From: Myxococcota bacterium
GTDB taxonomy: Bacteria; Myxococcota_A; Polyangia; HGW-17
Direction of reading: 5' to 3'
Assembly (NCBI GenBank): GCA_018817795.1
Contig: JAHITJ010000152.1
Location: 19,695-83,694, forward strand
DNA length: 64,000 nt
Made by a program: the position numbers and the translations under genes. The notes under the pieces are model-generated. The model did no database searches, had not been told where the DNA came from, and saw nothing but the letters and a program-made list of their open reading frames with translations. Below, one piece after another: positions 27,242-36,235 of the stretch. The stretch's first letter is position 1; every line of letters begins with the position of its first letter.

Positions 27242-29511
27242 GTTTCAACTCCCTGTATGAAATCCGGCGTGATGAAGATCAACCGGAAGACCGAGCCCTT
27301 CCCCTCCTGGGAAGACACTTCCAACTGCGCTCCACAGCGCGTAAGTATATCATAAACAATGGAAAGACCCAGTCCCATGCCTTCACCGACGTCCTTGGTG
27401 GTGAAAAATGGATCGAAGATCTTCCCGCGCACCGCTTCGGACATGCCCGAGCCGGTGTCCTCTACCTCCACGATCACCCGGCCGACCCGCGGTGTGGCGG
27501 TCACGGTCAACCTGCGGATCTGGCGGCCGTGCATCGCGTGCGCGGCGTTGACGAAAAGGTTCGTGAACACCTGCTCCAGGGGGGTCGCCTGTCCCATCAC
27601 ATCCAGCGTGGCAGGCACCTCCAGGTTCACCTCGATGTCCTGGAGCGGCGTTTGGAGCAGATCCAGGCTGTTGCGGATCGCCGCGAGCAGGTTCACCGGC
27701 ATCGCCGGGGACGCGTCCATCGACAGCGTGCAGGTCACGCGCTCCACGATCTTCTGGATCCGCTGGGTCCCGCGCTCGATGATCCGGGTCATGGCGATGA
27801 GGTCTCCACCAACCTGCGGGTCGAAGCCCGGACTCTTCTCCAACTGCCGCAGCGTGTCATCCAGGGGGGGCAGCACGTTGGAGATGGCGTTCACGGGATT
27901 GTTGATCTCGTGCGCGATGCCTGCGAGCAGACGCCCCACGGCCGCCAGACGTCCGGTGATCACGAGCTGGTCCTGCGCCGCCTGCAGGTCCTCAAGGGCG
28001 GTCTGCAGCTGGGTGTTGGCCAGCGCAAGATCCGACGTGCGCTCCTGCACCTTGTGTTCGAGACCCACGTTCAGCGCCTCGATCGTGGCGATCTTCTCGA
28101 CGATCGTGCCGCGCATCTTCTCGAACGCGAACGAGAGCCGGCCGAGCTCGTCGACTTCACCGTGCGGCAGCACCGGATCTCGCATCTTGCCGGCGGTGAT
28201 CGCGTGGAACTGTCCTTCCAACTCTGAAAGCGGCGTCACCAGGTCATGCACGAAGTGGGTCACCCCTCCGAACGTGAGCAGGAACAGAAGGATGAAGAAC
28301 ACGATGATACGTAGGATCTTCGAGCGGGAACCCAGTTGGGCCCAGCCCGGATCCTGGGGATACATCACCGCAAGGGTCCCCAGTTTCTGCTGTTTCCAGA
28401 AGACGGTCTTGAAATAGCCGTACAGGCCGTGGTCGACCCACTCGAGGTTTCCCTGTTCATCCGAACGCAGGCGCGAACGCAGCTCCACGGGCAACCGCAC
28501 CGACTGCGCGTTGTCGCCCACCCAGAGGATGCCTCCCTGGCGGGGCAACCAGAAATACAGGCCTTCATCACTCTCGGCCGCTTCCTGAAGCAGGGAATGC
28601 AGCAGCGCCACCGGATCCCCCTGCGGACCCCATGTCATGCGCTCCTGGTGCAGGACCACGAGCGTGCGGACCCGCTCCCGGGACAGACGCAGGGCAAATT
28701 CCGCCGTGTTGTTCCACTGCTGCAGCAGGCTCCAGGTGGCTGAAATAGCGATGGCCAAAAATGCCAGCACGCCAAACCAGACCCGCAACTTGAACTTCAG
28801 GCTCAACGGAGACCTAAGTTGGGAAAAATCCACCGGGTGCTCGGCCACGAGCTTCCGCATGGAGGGGGCCACCCGCGTCTGCAGGAACGGCACCTGGATC
28901 AGGTACCCGGCCAGCGTGAAAAAGAATACAAGGACCACAAACCACAGCAGCGGAACGCGGGGCACCAAGAACAGCCTGCTCATCAGGATATGGAACGCCA
29001 GTCCCAGCAGCAGCAGCATGACCAACTGCCACCGGACCAGGCGGTAGGGCAGCATCTGCAGCAGCCGGAACGCACGGATCCGGTCCGGATCCCCCCTGGG
29101 GCTCAGCAACAGGGGCGTCAGCGGCCGCATCTCAAGGTACACGAAGACCGCGTTGGCCATCATGAACAACAGGTACAGGCCGATGCCGGCCAGAAAAATG
29201 AAGGAACCGGCTCCCTGCAACTGAGGAAGCAGCCACAGCGCAACGCTTGTGCCCAGCAGCAGGAAGTAAGGCAAAAACAGGGTGGACTGCCAGAAATATT
29301 CAATGAACCATTCGGCGGAGGTCCTCGGCGACTCGATCCGGTGGAACTTGCGCAGGAAGAAATACAGGAGGGGCGTGACGATTGCCGCTCCGGCGATTCC
29401 GGCGGCCAGCCAGCGTTCGACAGACCCCGCCGGCACGGAGACGATTCCCCCGGCGACGGTCAGCGCCAGGAAGAACAGGAAGGAGACACCCGCAGGGATG
29501 CGGCCAGTCAT
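27238..29511 (-). CDS. multi-pass membrane sensor histidine kinase (no cognate response regulator in window)
   Basis: 757 aa. The first ~270 aa contain about 8 hydrophobic helices, followed by a further TM/HAMP-like region, H-box AHEINNPVNAI, N-box FTNLFVNAAHAM, and G-boxes EDTGSGM and GMGLGLSIV. Confidence 0.9.
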   Translation of the reverse strand: MTGRIPAGVSFLFFLALTVAGGIVSVPAGSVERWLAAGIAGAAIVTPLLYFFLRKFHRIESPRTSAEWFIEYFWQSTLFLPYFLLLGTSVALWLLPQLQGAGSFIFLAGIGLYLLFMMANAVFVYLEMRPLTPLLLSPRGDPDRIRAFRLLQMLPYRLVRWQLVMLLLLGLAFHILMSRLFLVPRVPLLWFVVLVFFFTLAGYLIQVPFLQTRVAPSMRKLVAEHPVDFSQLRSPLSLKFKLRVWFGVLAFLAIAISATWSLLQQWNNTAEFALRLSRERVRTLVVLHQERMTWGPQGDPVALLHSLLQEAAESDEGLYFWLPRQGGILWVGDNAQSVRLPVELRSRLRSDEQGNLEWVDHGLYGYFKTVFWKQQKLGTLAVMYPQDPGWAQLGSRSKILRIIVFFILLFLLTFGGVTHFVHDLVTPLSELEGQFHAITAGKMRDPVLPHGEVDELGRLSFAFEKMRGTIVEKIATIEALNVGLEHKVQERTSDLALANTQLQTALEDLQAAQDQLVITGRLAAVGRLLAGIAHEINNPVNAISNVLPPLDDTLRQLEKSPGFDPQVGGDLIAMTRIIERGTQRIQKIVERVTCTLSMDASPAMPVNLLAAIRNSLDLLQTPLQDIEVNLEVPATLDVMGQATPLEQVFTNLFVNAAHAMHGRQIRRLTVTATPRVGRVIVEVEDTGSGMSEAVRGKIFDPFFTTKDVGEGMGLGLSIVYDILTRCGAQLEVSSQEGKGSVFRLIFITPDFIQGVET

Positions 29512-30614
29512 GACCGCAACTGCAGGAGGGCCTCATGAAAATGTTCCCCAGACAGGTAGGACATCAGGTCCACCCGGACGCCGGGATCGTTTTCCTCGGC
29601 CAGAATCGTCTTCATGGGGGCCCACGCTCCGGTCACCAGGAGGGCCAGTCGCGCACACGTGAGAAGAGCACCCTTGCGCCATTGCTGCAACGCCTCGGCG
29701 TCGATCACGGGAAGCTTTTCCAGGGCTATTCTGCACTGGTCCCGTGAATCGGGCTGCACCAGACTCCAACCCCGGATCGCCTCCCCGTGACCGGCCCGAA
29801 CCCGTCCGAGCAGGTCGACGAGTTCCATGAAGGACTCCTCGGTCGGGAACACCGTCAGGATCCGGAACTCGGGGCGAAAGAGCGCCAGTTTGCGCGCGAT
29901 CAGCACCAACTGGAGTTCCTCAGTGCGCTCCATGAACCGCCTGCCCACCACCAGGGCGGGCATCCATCCGCCCAACTGCTGGGACTGCACATGGATCAGG
30001 TCCAGATCCTCCTCGACGGCGAACAACTCGGGCTCGAAGGGAAGCAGCAGGTGCGACAACTGGTACACCATGCCCAGGACCGGTTCCATGCGGCGGCGAT
30101 TCGAGGCACGGTGCTCCCCGCGCAGGTCGAAGGCTCCCGCAGGCGCGCATTGGGCCGACAACAGCGGATCCGCGAGGGTGGCCAGCACCGGCGTGAGCGG
30201 ATGTTTCATGGCCGGATGGGCCACCCGGGAGAAGATCATCTGCGCATCCACGGGTCCCTTGAGTTGATGCAGGTCGGGCAGCAGCACCTGACGAAGCTCG
30301 CGGGGGCAGTAGTCAGGCTCCTGCTTGAGCTCGCCGACCAGGTTGGACAGGACGCGGGCGCGCAGCAGCGAACCATCGGCGATGGCCTGCCGGATCTGCT
30401 CGAGCAGGGCGTTGACGCCCGGGATCGCGTAGGCCTCCGGGCAGGCGGCACCAGCCTCAGAATAGAGCTCGTGAAGCTTCTGGGTCCCCGGAAAGGAGAA
30501 CTCGCGTTCCTTGCGCTTCCCCAGTCCCGTGGTGGTGAAGAACATGAAGATGAACACCAGCATGATGAACGTCAAAAACGCGGCAGCGGTGATGGCGATC
30601 TCGACGGGACTCAT
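29508..30614 (-). CDS. hypothetical membrane-anchored protein
   Basis: 368 aa with one N-terminal TM (IAITAAAFLTFIMLVFIFMFF) and no recognisable domain. It has a 4-nt overlap with the kinase gene. Coding is supported by its position in the coupled gene string. Confidence 0.6.
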   Translation of the reverse strand: MSPVEIAITAAAFLTFIMLVFIFMFFTTTGLGKRKEREFSFPGTQKLHELYSEAGAACPEAYAIPGVNALLEQIRQAIADGSLLRARVLSNLVGELKQEPDYCPRELRQVLLPDLHQLKGPVDAQMIFSRVAHPAMKHPLTPVLATLADPLLSAQCAPAGAFDLRGEHRASNRRRMEPVLGMVYQLSHLLLPFEPELFAVEEDLDLIHVQSQQLGGWMPALVVGRRFMERTEELQLVLIARKLALFRPEFRILTVFPTEESFMELVDLLGRVRAGHGEAIRGWSLVQPDSRDQCRIALEKLPVIDAEALQQWRKGALLTCARLALLVTGAWAPMKTILAEENDPGVRVDLMSYLSGEHFHEALLQLRS

Positions 30615-30642
30615 ACGTGTTTACTCCTGACAGGAAAAGAAA

Positions 30643-31326
30643 CTACCCGACTTTTCCGGACCCGGCAAGCAGGGTTTTTTCCTCGAAGAACCGGACCTTG
30701 AGGTTTTCAGGGGCCTCCACAGCACCCGTCTCCAGATCGATGCGGACCGAAATCGGTTTGGACTGCAGGGATCCAGCCAGGTGGGCGTGCGCACCGGAGA
30801 AGAACAGCACCGCATTCTGCGGCTCGGGCGTGATCTGCAACCGGAAGCGGCGATCCGGGTCCCTCAGCCAGACCAGGTGATACAGTCCCGGCGTGTGCGG
30901 GGACTGCCAGAAGACCCACTCCGCGGAGACGGCCGCGATGCGCTCGTTGTGAAGGAACGTCAGGCTGAGGTTGCGGATCTCCCCGACATCGAGGGGGACG
31001 CCGCCCGGCGACAGCCGCACGCGGGCCACCCACAGGTCGGTGCGACGGCTGAAGCGGTCCGCGCCCAGGAAAACCACGGGACGCCAGGGGGCGGAATACC
31101 ACGGCATGTCCCCGGGAAGCCCCCCCGCCACGATGATGTCCTTCTCCCGGACGGACCATCCCATCTCCCGGAAGCGGGAGGACAGGTTCTTCCTCGTCTG
31201 TCCGATCACGGGTGGCGCAGACAGGAAGTACGCGACGATCAGTCCCATGGTCGCTGCGGCCGTGGCGGCGCCCCAGAAGCGCAGGATGCGCGTCAGCGGT
31301 CTATTCCAGGTAGGAGGCTTTTTCAC
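30643..31326 (-). CDS. hypothetical membrane-anchored protein
   Basis: 227 aa with a GTG start and N-terminal TM (GAATAAATMGLIVAYFLSA). It overlaps the proS 3' end by 26 nt and has no recognisable domain. Confidence 0.55.
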   Translation of the reverse strand: MKKPPTWNRPLTRILRFWGAATAAATMGLIVAYFLSAPPVIGQTRKNLSSRFREMGWSVREKDIIVAGGLPGDMPWYSAPWRPVVFLGADRFSRRTDLWVARVRLSPGGVPLDVGEIRNLSLTFLHNERIAAVSAEWVFWQSPHTPGLYHLVWLRDPDRRFRLQITPEPQNAVLFFSGAHAHLAGSLQSKPISVRIDLETGAVEAPENLKVRFFEEKTLLAGSGKVG

Positions 31327-33046
31327 GGGCGATCACCTCGGACAGCCGGGCAGGCACTTCGTCGACGGGCCACATCTCGCTCCCCTTCTGTCCGCGGAGC
31401 TTGAACTCCACCATGCCCTGGGCGAGGTTGCGCGGCGAAAGGATCAGACGCAGCGGCACTCCGAACAGATCCGCATCGGCGAACTGGACGCCGGCCTTCT
31501 CGTTGCGGTCGTCCATGAGCACCTCCACACCGGCGGTCTCGAGCTCGCCCACAAGCTTGGCGGCCACTTCACCCACTCCACCCTTGGCCGGATCGAGCAC
31601 GCAGACATGCACCTCGTACGGGGCGATCGACATCGGCCAGATCGGACCATAATCATCGTGGCTCTCCTCGATCACCGAGGCCAGCAGACGCCCCACGCCG
31701 ATGCCGTAGCAGCCCATGATCATCGGGCGGCTCTTGCCGTCGGCGTCGAGGAATTCGCAGCGCATGGGCGCGGAATACTTCGTACCCAGCTGAAAGATGT
31801 TGCCGATCTCGATGCCACGGGACACGCGCAGCGGCGCACCGCACTCACAGCAGGCGTCGCCTTCGCGGGGGGTGGCGATTTCCACCGTCCGGCCGCCCTT
31901 GAGATCCCGGCCGGCGTTGAAGTTCCTCACGTGGAAGCCTTCCTCGTTGGCGCCGGTCACCAGGTTCTTTGAACGCAGGATCGTCTCGTCGATCAGGAGG
32001 GTGAACTTCGAGACATCGAGCCCGATGGGGCTGGCGTAGCCGGGCACGGCTCCGAGCGCGCGGATCTCCTCGTCCTGGGCCGCCCGCAGCTCGCCCTTGC
32101 CGAGGATCTTGGCGAGCTTGGTCTCGTTGACCTCGAAGTCGCCGCGGATCAGCACGAACACGAAGTTCGTCTTGTTGTGGACGTACAGCACGGCCTTGGC
32201 CGTGTCGGCGCTCTGGACGCCCAGGAAGCTCGAGACCTCCTCGATGGTCTTGCGGTTGGGCGTGGCCACCTTTTCCAGCGGCAGTTCGGCGTCTGCCGAC
32301 GTCGTGTCGGCCGGCTCCGCGGCGAAGGCGAAGCGGGCGACCTCGCGGTTGGCGCGATAGTGACATTTATCACAGATAAAGAGCGTATCCTCGCCGACGT
32401 CGGTGAGGAACATGAACTCATGGGACATGCCGCCGCCCATCATGCCGGTGTCGCTCTCGACGTCGATGAAGTTCTTCAGGCCGGCCCTGCGGAAAATCCG
32501 CACGTAAGCCGCATGGCAGCGGTTGTAGTACTCGATCATGTCCTCGTTGGTGGTGTGAAAGGAGTACGCATCCTTCATCGTGAACTCGCGCACGCGGATC
32601 AGACCCCCACGGGAGCGCGCCTCGTCGCGGAACTTGGTCTGGATCTGGTACATCATCACCGGCAGTTGACGATACGACGTGATATGCGCGCGGGCCGCCT
32701 GGACCACGGGTTCCTCGTGGGTCATGCCGAGCAGCATGTCGTTGCCGTTGCGGTCGCGGAAGCGCAGCATCTCCGGACCGATGCCCTCGTAGCGGCCGGC
32801 CTCCTCCCACAGTTCGCGCGGCATGACCACCGGCATGGTGATTTCCTGTCCCTCGATGCGGTTCATCTCCTCGCGGATGATCCGCTCGATCTTCGTCGTG
32901 ATCCGCTTGGCCAGGGGCATCATTGTATAGATGCCGGTGGAAACCTGCAGGATATAGCCGCCGCGAAGCAGCAGGTTGTGACTTCTGAGCGGGGCGTCCT
33001 TGGGATCTTCCCGCAGTGTTCTGGCGACCAACTTGGATACTCTCAT
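31301..33046 (-). CDS. proS: proline--tRNA ligase (bacterial type with editing insertion)
   Basis: MRVSKLVARTLREDPKDA...SHNLLLRGGYI...GIYTMMPL...; about 580 aa with class II motifs. The ORF-track start at 33100 adds 18 non-conserved residues. Confidence 0.95.
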   Translation of the reverse strand: MRVSKLVARTLREDPKDAPLRSHNLLLRGGYILQVSTGIYTMMPLAKRITTKIERIIREEMNRIEGQEITMPVVMPRELWEEAGRYEGIGPEMLRFRDRNGNDMLLGMTHEEPVVQAARAHITSYRQLPVMMYQIQTKFRDEARSRGGLIRVREFTMKDAYSFHTTNEDMIEYYNRCHAAYVRIFRRAGLKNFIDVESDTGMMGGGMSHEFMFLTDVGEDTLFICDKCHYRANREVARFAFAAEPADTTSADAELPLEKVATPNRKTIEEVSSFLGVQSADTAKAVLYVHNKTNFVFVLIRGDFEVNETKLAKILGKGELRAAQDEEIRALGAVPGYASPIGLDVSKFTLLIDETILRSKNLVTGANEEGFHVRNFNAGRDLKGGRTVEIATPREGDACCECGAPLRVSRGIEIGNIFQLGTKYSAPMRCEFLDADGKSRPMIMGCYGIGVGRLLASVIEESHDDYGPIWPMSIAPYEVHVCVLDPAKGGVGEVAAKLVGELETAGVEVLMDDRNEKAGVQFADADLFGVPLRLILSPRNLAQGMVEFKLRGQKGSEMWPVDEVPARLSEVIAREKASYLE

Positions 33047-33224
33047 CTTCACAGGACCCTTTCCGGAGCCGTTCTTTTCCGCGATGCACGAAAAAATCAC
33101 GACCGCGCGAACTTACATTGTTTGCGATTCTTTTTCAAGTTGCCCAAATGCTTCAAAACATGCCATAAAGCGTCCCGGAACCCGTGCCCCTGGGGAGGGG
33201 GCGCCCAACCCGGAGGTGATCACC

Positions 33225-34301
33225 ATGTCGATTTCAGTAACACCGTGCTCGGAGTCCCAGAGAAAACCCATCCCTGAATGGACCCAGGCCCTCGGTTTCG
33301 GCAAGTTCTTTTCCGATCACATGTTCATGATGGAGTACGAAGACGGCTGGAAGAACCCCCGTGTGGTGCCCTACCACAGCCTGACGATGGACCCCGCCTC
33401 GATGTGCCTGCACTATGGACAGGAGATCTTCGAGGGCATGAAGGTGTACCATGGCCAGGATGACCGCGTGTACGGCTTCCGCTCGCGCGACAACTTCGCA
33501 CGCATGAACCGGTCGGCCCGGCGCCTGATCATGCCGGACCTGGACATCGAGACCGCCTACGAGGGCCTGTGCGAACTGGTCCGCGCCGACCGCAGGTGGA
33601 TCCCGCCCAAGCACGGCTATGCGCTGTACATCCGCCCCACGATGATCGCCACTGACGCCGCCCTGGGCGTGCGACCGGCCAACAATTACCTGTTCTTCAT
33701 GATTGCCAGCCCTGTCGCCTCCTACTATCCGCAGGACAACGACAACCTGAATGCCGTCAAGATTTTTGTTAATGATAAATACTTCCGCGCCGTGCGCGGC
33801 GGCACCGGCGAGGCCAAGTGCGCAGGCAACTACGCCGCGTCGCTGGCGTCCCAGTGGGAGGCCAAGAAGGCCGGCTATGCCCAGGTCCTGTGGCTCGACG
33901 CCCTCGAGCGCCGCAACGTCGAGGAGGTCGGCACGATGAACATCTTCTTCGTGATCGGCGACAAACTGGTCACCAGCCCGCTCAACGGCAGCATCCTGCC
34001 CGGCATCACGCGTGACTCCGTGATCCAGCTGGCCCGGCACCAGGGCCTGACGGTGGAGGAACGACCCGTGTCCATCGCCGAGGTGATCTCCGGCGCGATC
34101 TCGGGCACGATCTCCGAGGTGTTCGGCACCGGCACCGCCGCGGTCATCTCCCCGGTCTCCCACATCGCCTTCTGTGGCACCGAGCATCAGGTGGCCGACG
34201 GACAGTCCGGTCCCATCGCCCGCCGCATGTATGCCGATCTGCTCGCCATCCAGTACGGAAAGCGCGAAGACCCGTTCGGCTGGACCAGTGTCATTCTGTA
34301 G
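33225..34301 (+). CDS. ilvE: branched-chain amino acid aminotransferase
   Basis: 358 aa from the ATG preceded by GGAGGTGA. ...ALGFGKFFSDHMFMMEY...GQEIFEGMKVY...GTGEAKCAGNYAASL... is typical of long-form BCAT. The ORF-track start at 33000 looks like an upstream extension. Confidence 0.93.
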   Translation: MSISVTPCSESQRKPIPEWTQALGFGKFFSDHMFMMEYEDGWKNPRVVPYHSLTMDPASMCLHYGQEIFEGMKVYHGQDDRVYGFRSRDNFARMNRSARRLIMPDLDIETAYEGLCELVRADRRWIPPKHGYALYIRPTMIATDAALGVRPANNYLFFMIASPVASYYPQDNDNLNAVKIFVNDKYFRAVRGGTGEAKCAGNYAASLASQWEAKKAGYAQVLWLDALERRNVEEVGTMNIFFVIGDKLVTSPLNGSILPGITRDSVIQLARHQGLTVEERPVSIAEVISGAISGTISEVFGTGTAAVISPVSHIAFCGTEHQVADGQSGPIARRMYADLLAIQYGKREDPFGWTSVIL

Positions 34302-34689
34302 TTGACGACGCGAAGACCAGGCGATCTCCCTTTTTCACTTGATATTTTTCCAGTGTGCCCACGGGCAACTCCAGCGCAGCAAAGGCCTCCGGGTGCAGGC
34401 GGGAGAGCCGCCAGGGCTTCAGGCCGGCATACACGGCCACCACCCGCCCCTGTGCGTCAAGAAACGCCACGTCCAGCGCGATCGACATGAAAAACATGTG
34501 AATCGACTGGCACGGCACCAGCAGCAGGCCGTGACCTTCGGTCAGGACGCGCGCGCCAAGCAGTCCCCGCAGGCGGGATCCAAAGCCCGAGGCCACCCGG
34601 ATCGAGGTTCCTATGGGGGCCCCTGCCTCGGTCCGGACGTGCCAGCGCTCTCCATTGTGGGATGAACCATGTGGAATGATTGACTTCAT
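34291..34689 (-). CDS. DUF192 family protein
   Basis: 132 aa: MKSIIPHG...RVASGFGSRLRGLLGARVLTEGHGLLLVPCQSIHMFFMSIALDVAFLDAQGRVV...ALELPVGT, the DUF192 pattern as I recall it. The 306-aa ORF-track version is an upstream run-on. Confidence 0.75.
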   Translation of the reverse strand: MKSIIPHGSSHNGERWHVRTEAGAPIGTSIRVASGFGSRLRGLLGARVLTEGHGLLLVPCQSIHMFFMSIALDVAFLDAQGRVVAVYAGLKPWRLSRLHPEAFAALELPVGTLEKYQVKKGDRLVFASSTTE

Positions 34690-34731
34690 CGATTTTTTAC
34701 ATACACTTCCGGCATTGAGGTTGAAACACGC

Positions 34732-36102
34732 ATGGCCTGGTATCCTGTCTCTCAAGTGCCTCCACCGTTGCTCTTGATACATCTTCTCGACTCCCGTTTC
34801 GAGGGTTTTCTGCGGGTGCCCGACGCGCAGGGCGAACTGACCGTGTATTTCCGGCAGGGTCTGCCGGTCCGATCGGAGTGCAAGAACCCGGCACTGGCCG
34901 CAGGCGCCCTGGGTGAGCACCTGCTCGAGTTGTTCTCCGGCGGGGTCGAGCAATTTCAGATCGAGCCGATGAGCATCCCTGTTGGCGAGGGACTCAATCC
35001 GCTGCCATGGATCCGCCGCGGCCTGCGCGAACGGTATGATCTGGCCCGTCTCGAGAACGAGACCAGGGAACTGTCGCGGGCCCGCATCGCGGTGTCCCCG
35101 CGGCTCGATGCGGCCGTGGATCACTTCGAACTGACGCCTCCGGAGCTGGAGATCCTGAGACAACTCAAGGCCGCCCCGAGCACGATCACCCAACTGCGCG
35201 GCACCAGTCAACTGTCGTTCAAGGACATCCTCTCGCTGCTGTACAGCCTGGCCTCATGCCGCCTGCTGCAGTCGGTCCCCCTGGAAGCCGCCGAGGCCGC
35301 GCCCGTCGGAGCGCAACCCGAGCCGCAACCGACAGCGTCACCCGTGCCCAGCTCCACAGAGCCGGAGATCATCGCGGAGCTTCACCAGTTGACCGCCTCC
35401 CTCCAGGACGAGAATCCCTTCGTCCGGCTGGGGCTGCCCCTGACCGCAACCATGGAGGACATCGATGCGCGCTTCCGGGAGCTGGCCAGGAAGTTCCATC
35501 CCGACACCCTGGCACGCAAGGAGCTCTCGGCGTTCCTTGCAGAGGCACAGGACGTGTTCGCCAAGCTCACCGAGGCTTACAATCTGCTCAAGGAAGACAC
35601 CTCGCGCGAGAAGTACCGCAAGCCGGCCGAATCCAAGGAGGATCTGGCCGAGGTCCGGCGGGTGCTGGAGGCCGAGGTCCTGTACCAGAAGGGGATCATC
35701 CACTTCCGCCGCAAGGAATACAGCCTGGCCGAGCAGATGTTCCTCGAGGCACGCCATAAGAACGAGGACGGAAGCCACATCGCCATGTGGGCCTGGCTGC
35801 GCTACCTCAACCCTGACAACGATCGCAAGGCCGTGCGCGAGGAGGTCAAGATCGCCCTTCAGAAAGCGATCCAGCTCACACCGCGGGAGGCCGACTTCTA
35901 TTTCTACCTGGGCAAGGTCTGCATGGACATGGACCAGATCGCTTCGGCGCGCCAGTACTTCAACAAGGCCGTCGAGATCAACAGCGAGCACATCGAGGCC
36001 GCCCGTGAGCTGCGCATGCTCGAGCGACGGGCCAAACACGCGGCCAACCCCATCGCCCACGCCACCGGCAGTTTTTTAAACCTGTTCAAAAAGAAAGACT
36101 GA
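34732..36102 (+). CDS. J-domain (DnaJ-like) protein with N-terminal DUF4388-like region and C-terminal TPR
   Basis: 456 aa. The J domain is NPFVRLGLPLTATMEDIDARFRELARKFHPDTL...AKLTEAYNLL, with HPD present. TPR-like helices lie at the C-terminus. Confidence 0.85.
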   Translation: MAWYPVSQVPPPLLLIHLLDSRFEGFLRVPDAQGELTVYFRQGLPVRSECKNPALAAGALGEHLLELFSGGVEQFQIEPMSIPVGEGLNPLPWIRRGLRERYDLARLENETRELSRARIAVSPRLDAAVDHFELTPPELEILRQLKAAPSTITQLRGTSQLSFKDILSLLYSLASCRLLQSVPLEAAEAAPVGAQPEPQPTASPVPSSTEPEIIAELHQLTASLQDENPFVRLGLPLTATMEDIDARFRELARKFHPDTLARKELSAFLAEAQDVFAKLTEAYNLLKEDTSREKYRKPAESKEDLAEVRRVLEAEVLYQKGIIHFRRKEYSLAEQMFLEARHKNEDGSHIAMWAWLRYLNPDNDRKAVREEVKIALQKAIQLTPREADFYFYLGKVCMDMDQIASARQYFNKAVEINSEHIEAARELRMLERRAKHAANPIAHATGSFLNLFKKKD

Positions 36103-36115
36103 AGATCCAGGATCG

Positions 36116-36196
36116 GTCGGATTGGTCAGACCTGTCGGACCAGTCGGACTTGTCGGACCAGTCGGACTTGTCGGACCAGTCGGAACGGTCGGATTC
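36116..36196. repeat. nine tandem 9-bp units (GTCGGAnnn), intergenic
   Basis: GTCGGATTG GTCAGACCT GTCGGACCA GTCGGACTT GTCGGACCA GTCGGACTT GTCGGACCA GTCGGAACG GTCGGATTC. The array lies between the convergent stops at 36102 and 36236. Confidence 0.95.
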
Positions 36197-36235
36197 TCAT
36201 GTTTTCTGGGAAGGAAAAAGTTCAGCAGGGAGGAA

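Noticed and set aside
34690-35211. Upstream 174 codons of the 306-aa ORF that contains the DUF192 domain.
   Set aside because: This part overlaps the J-domain gene on the other strand and is Arg/Gly/Gln-rich. The DUF192 homology starts at the internal MKSIIPHG (34689).
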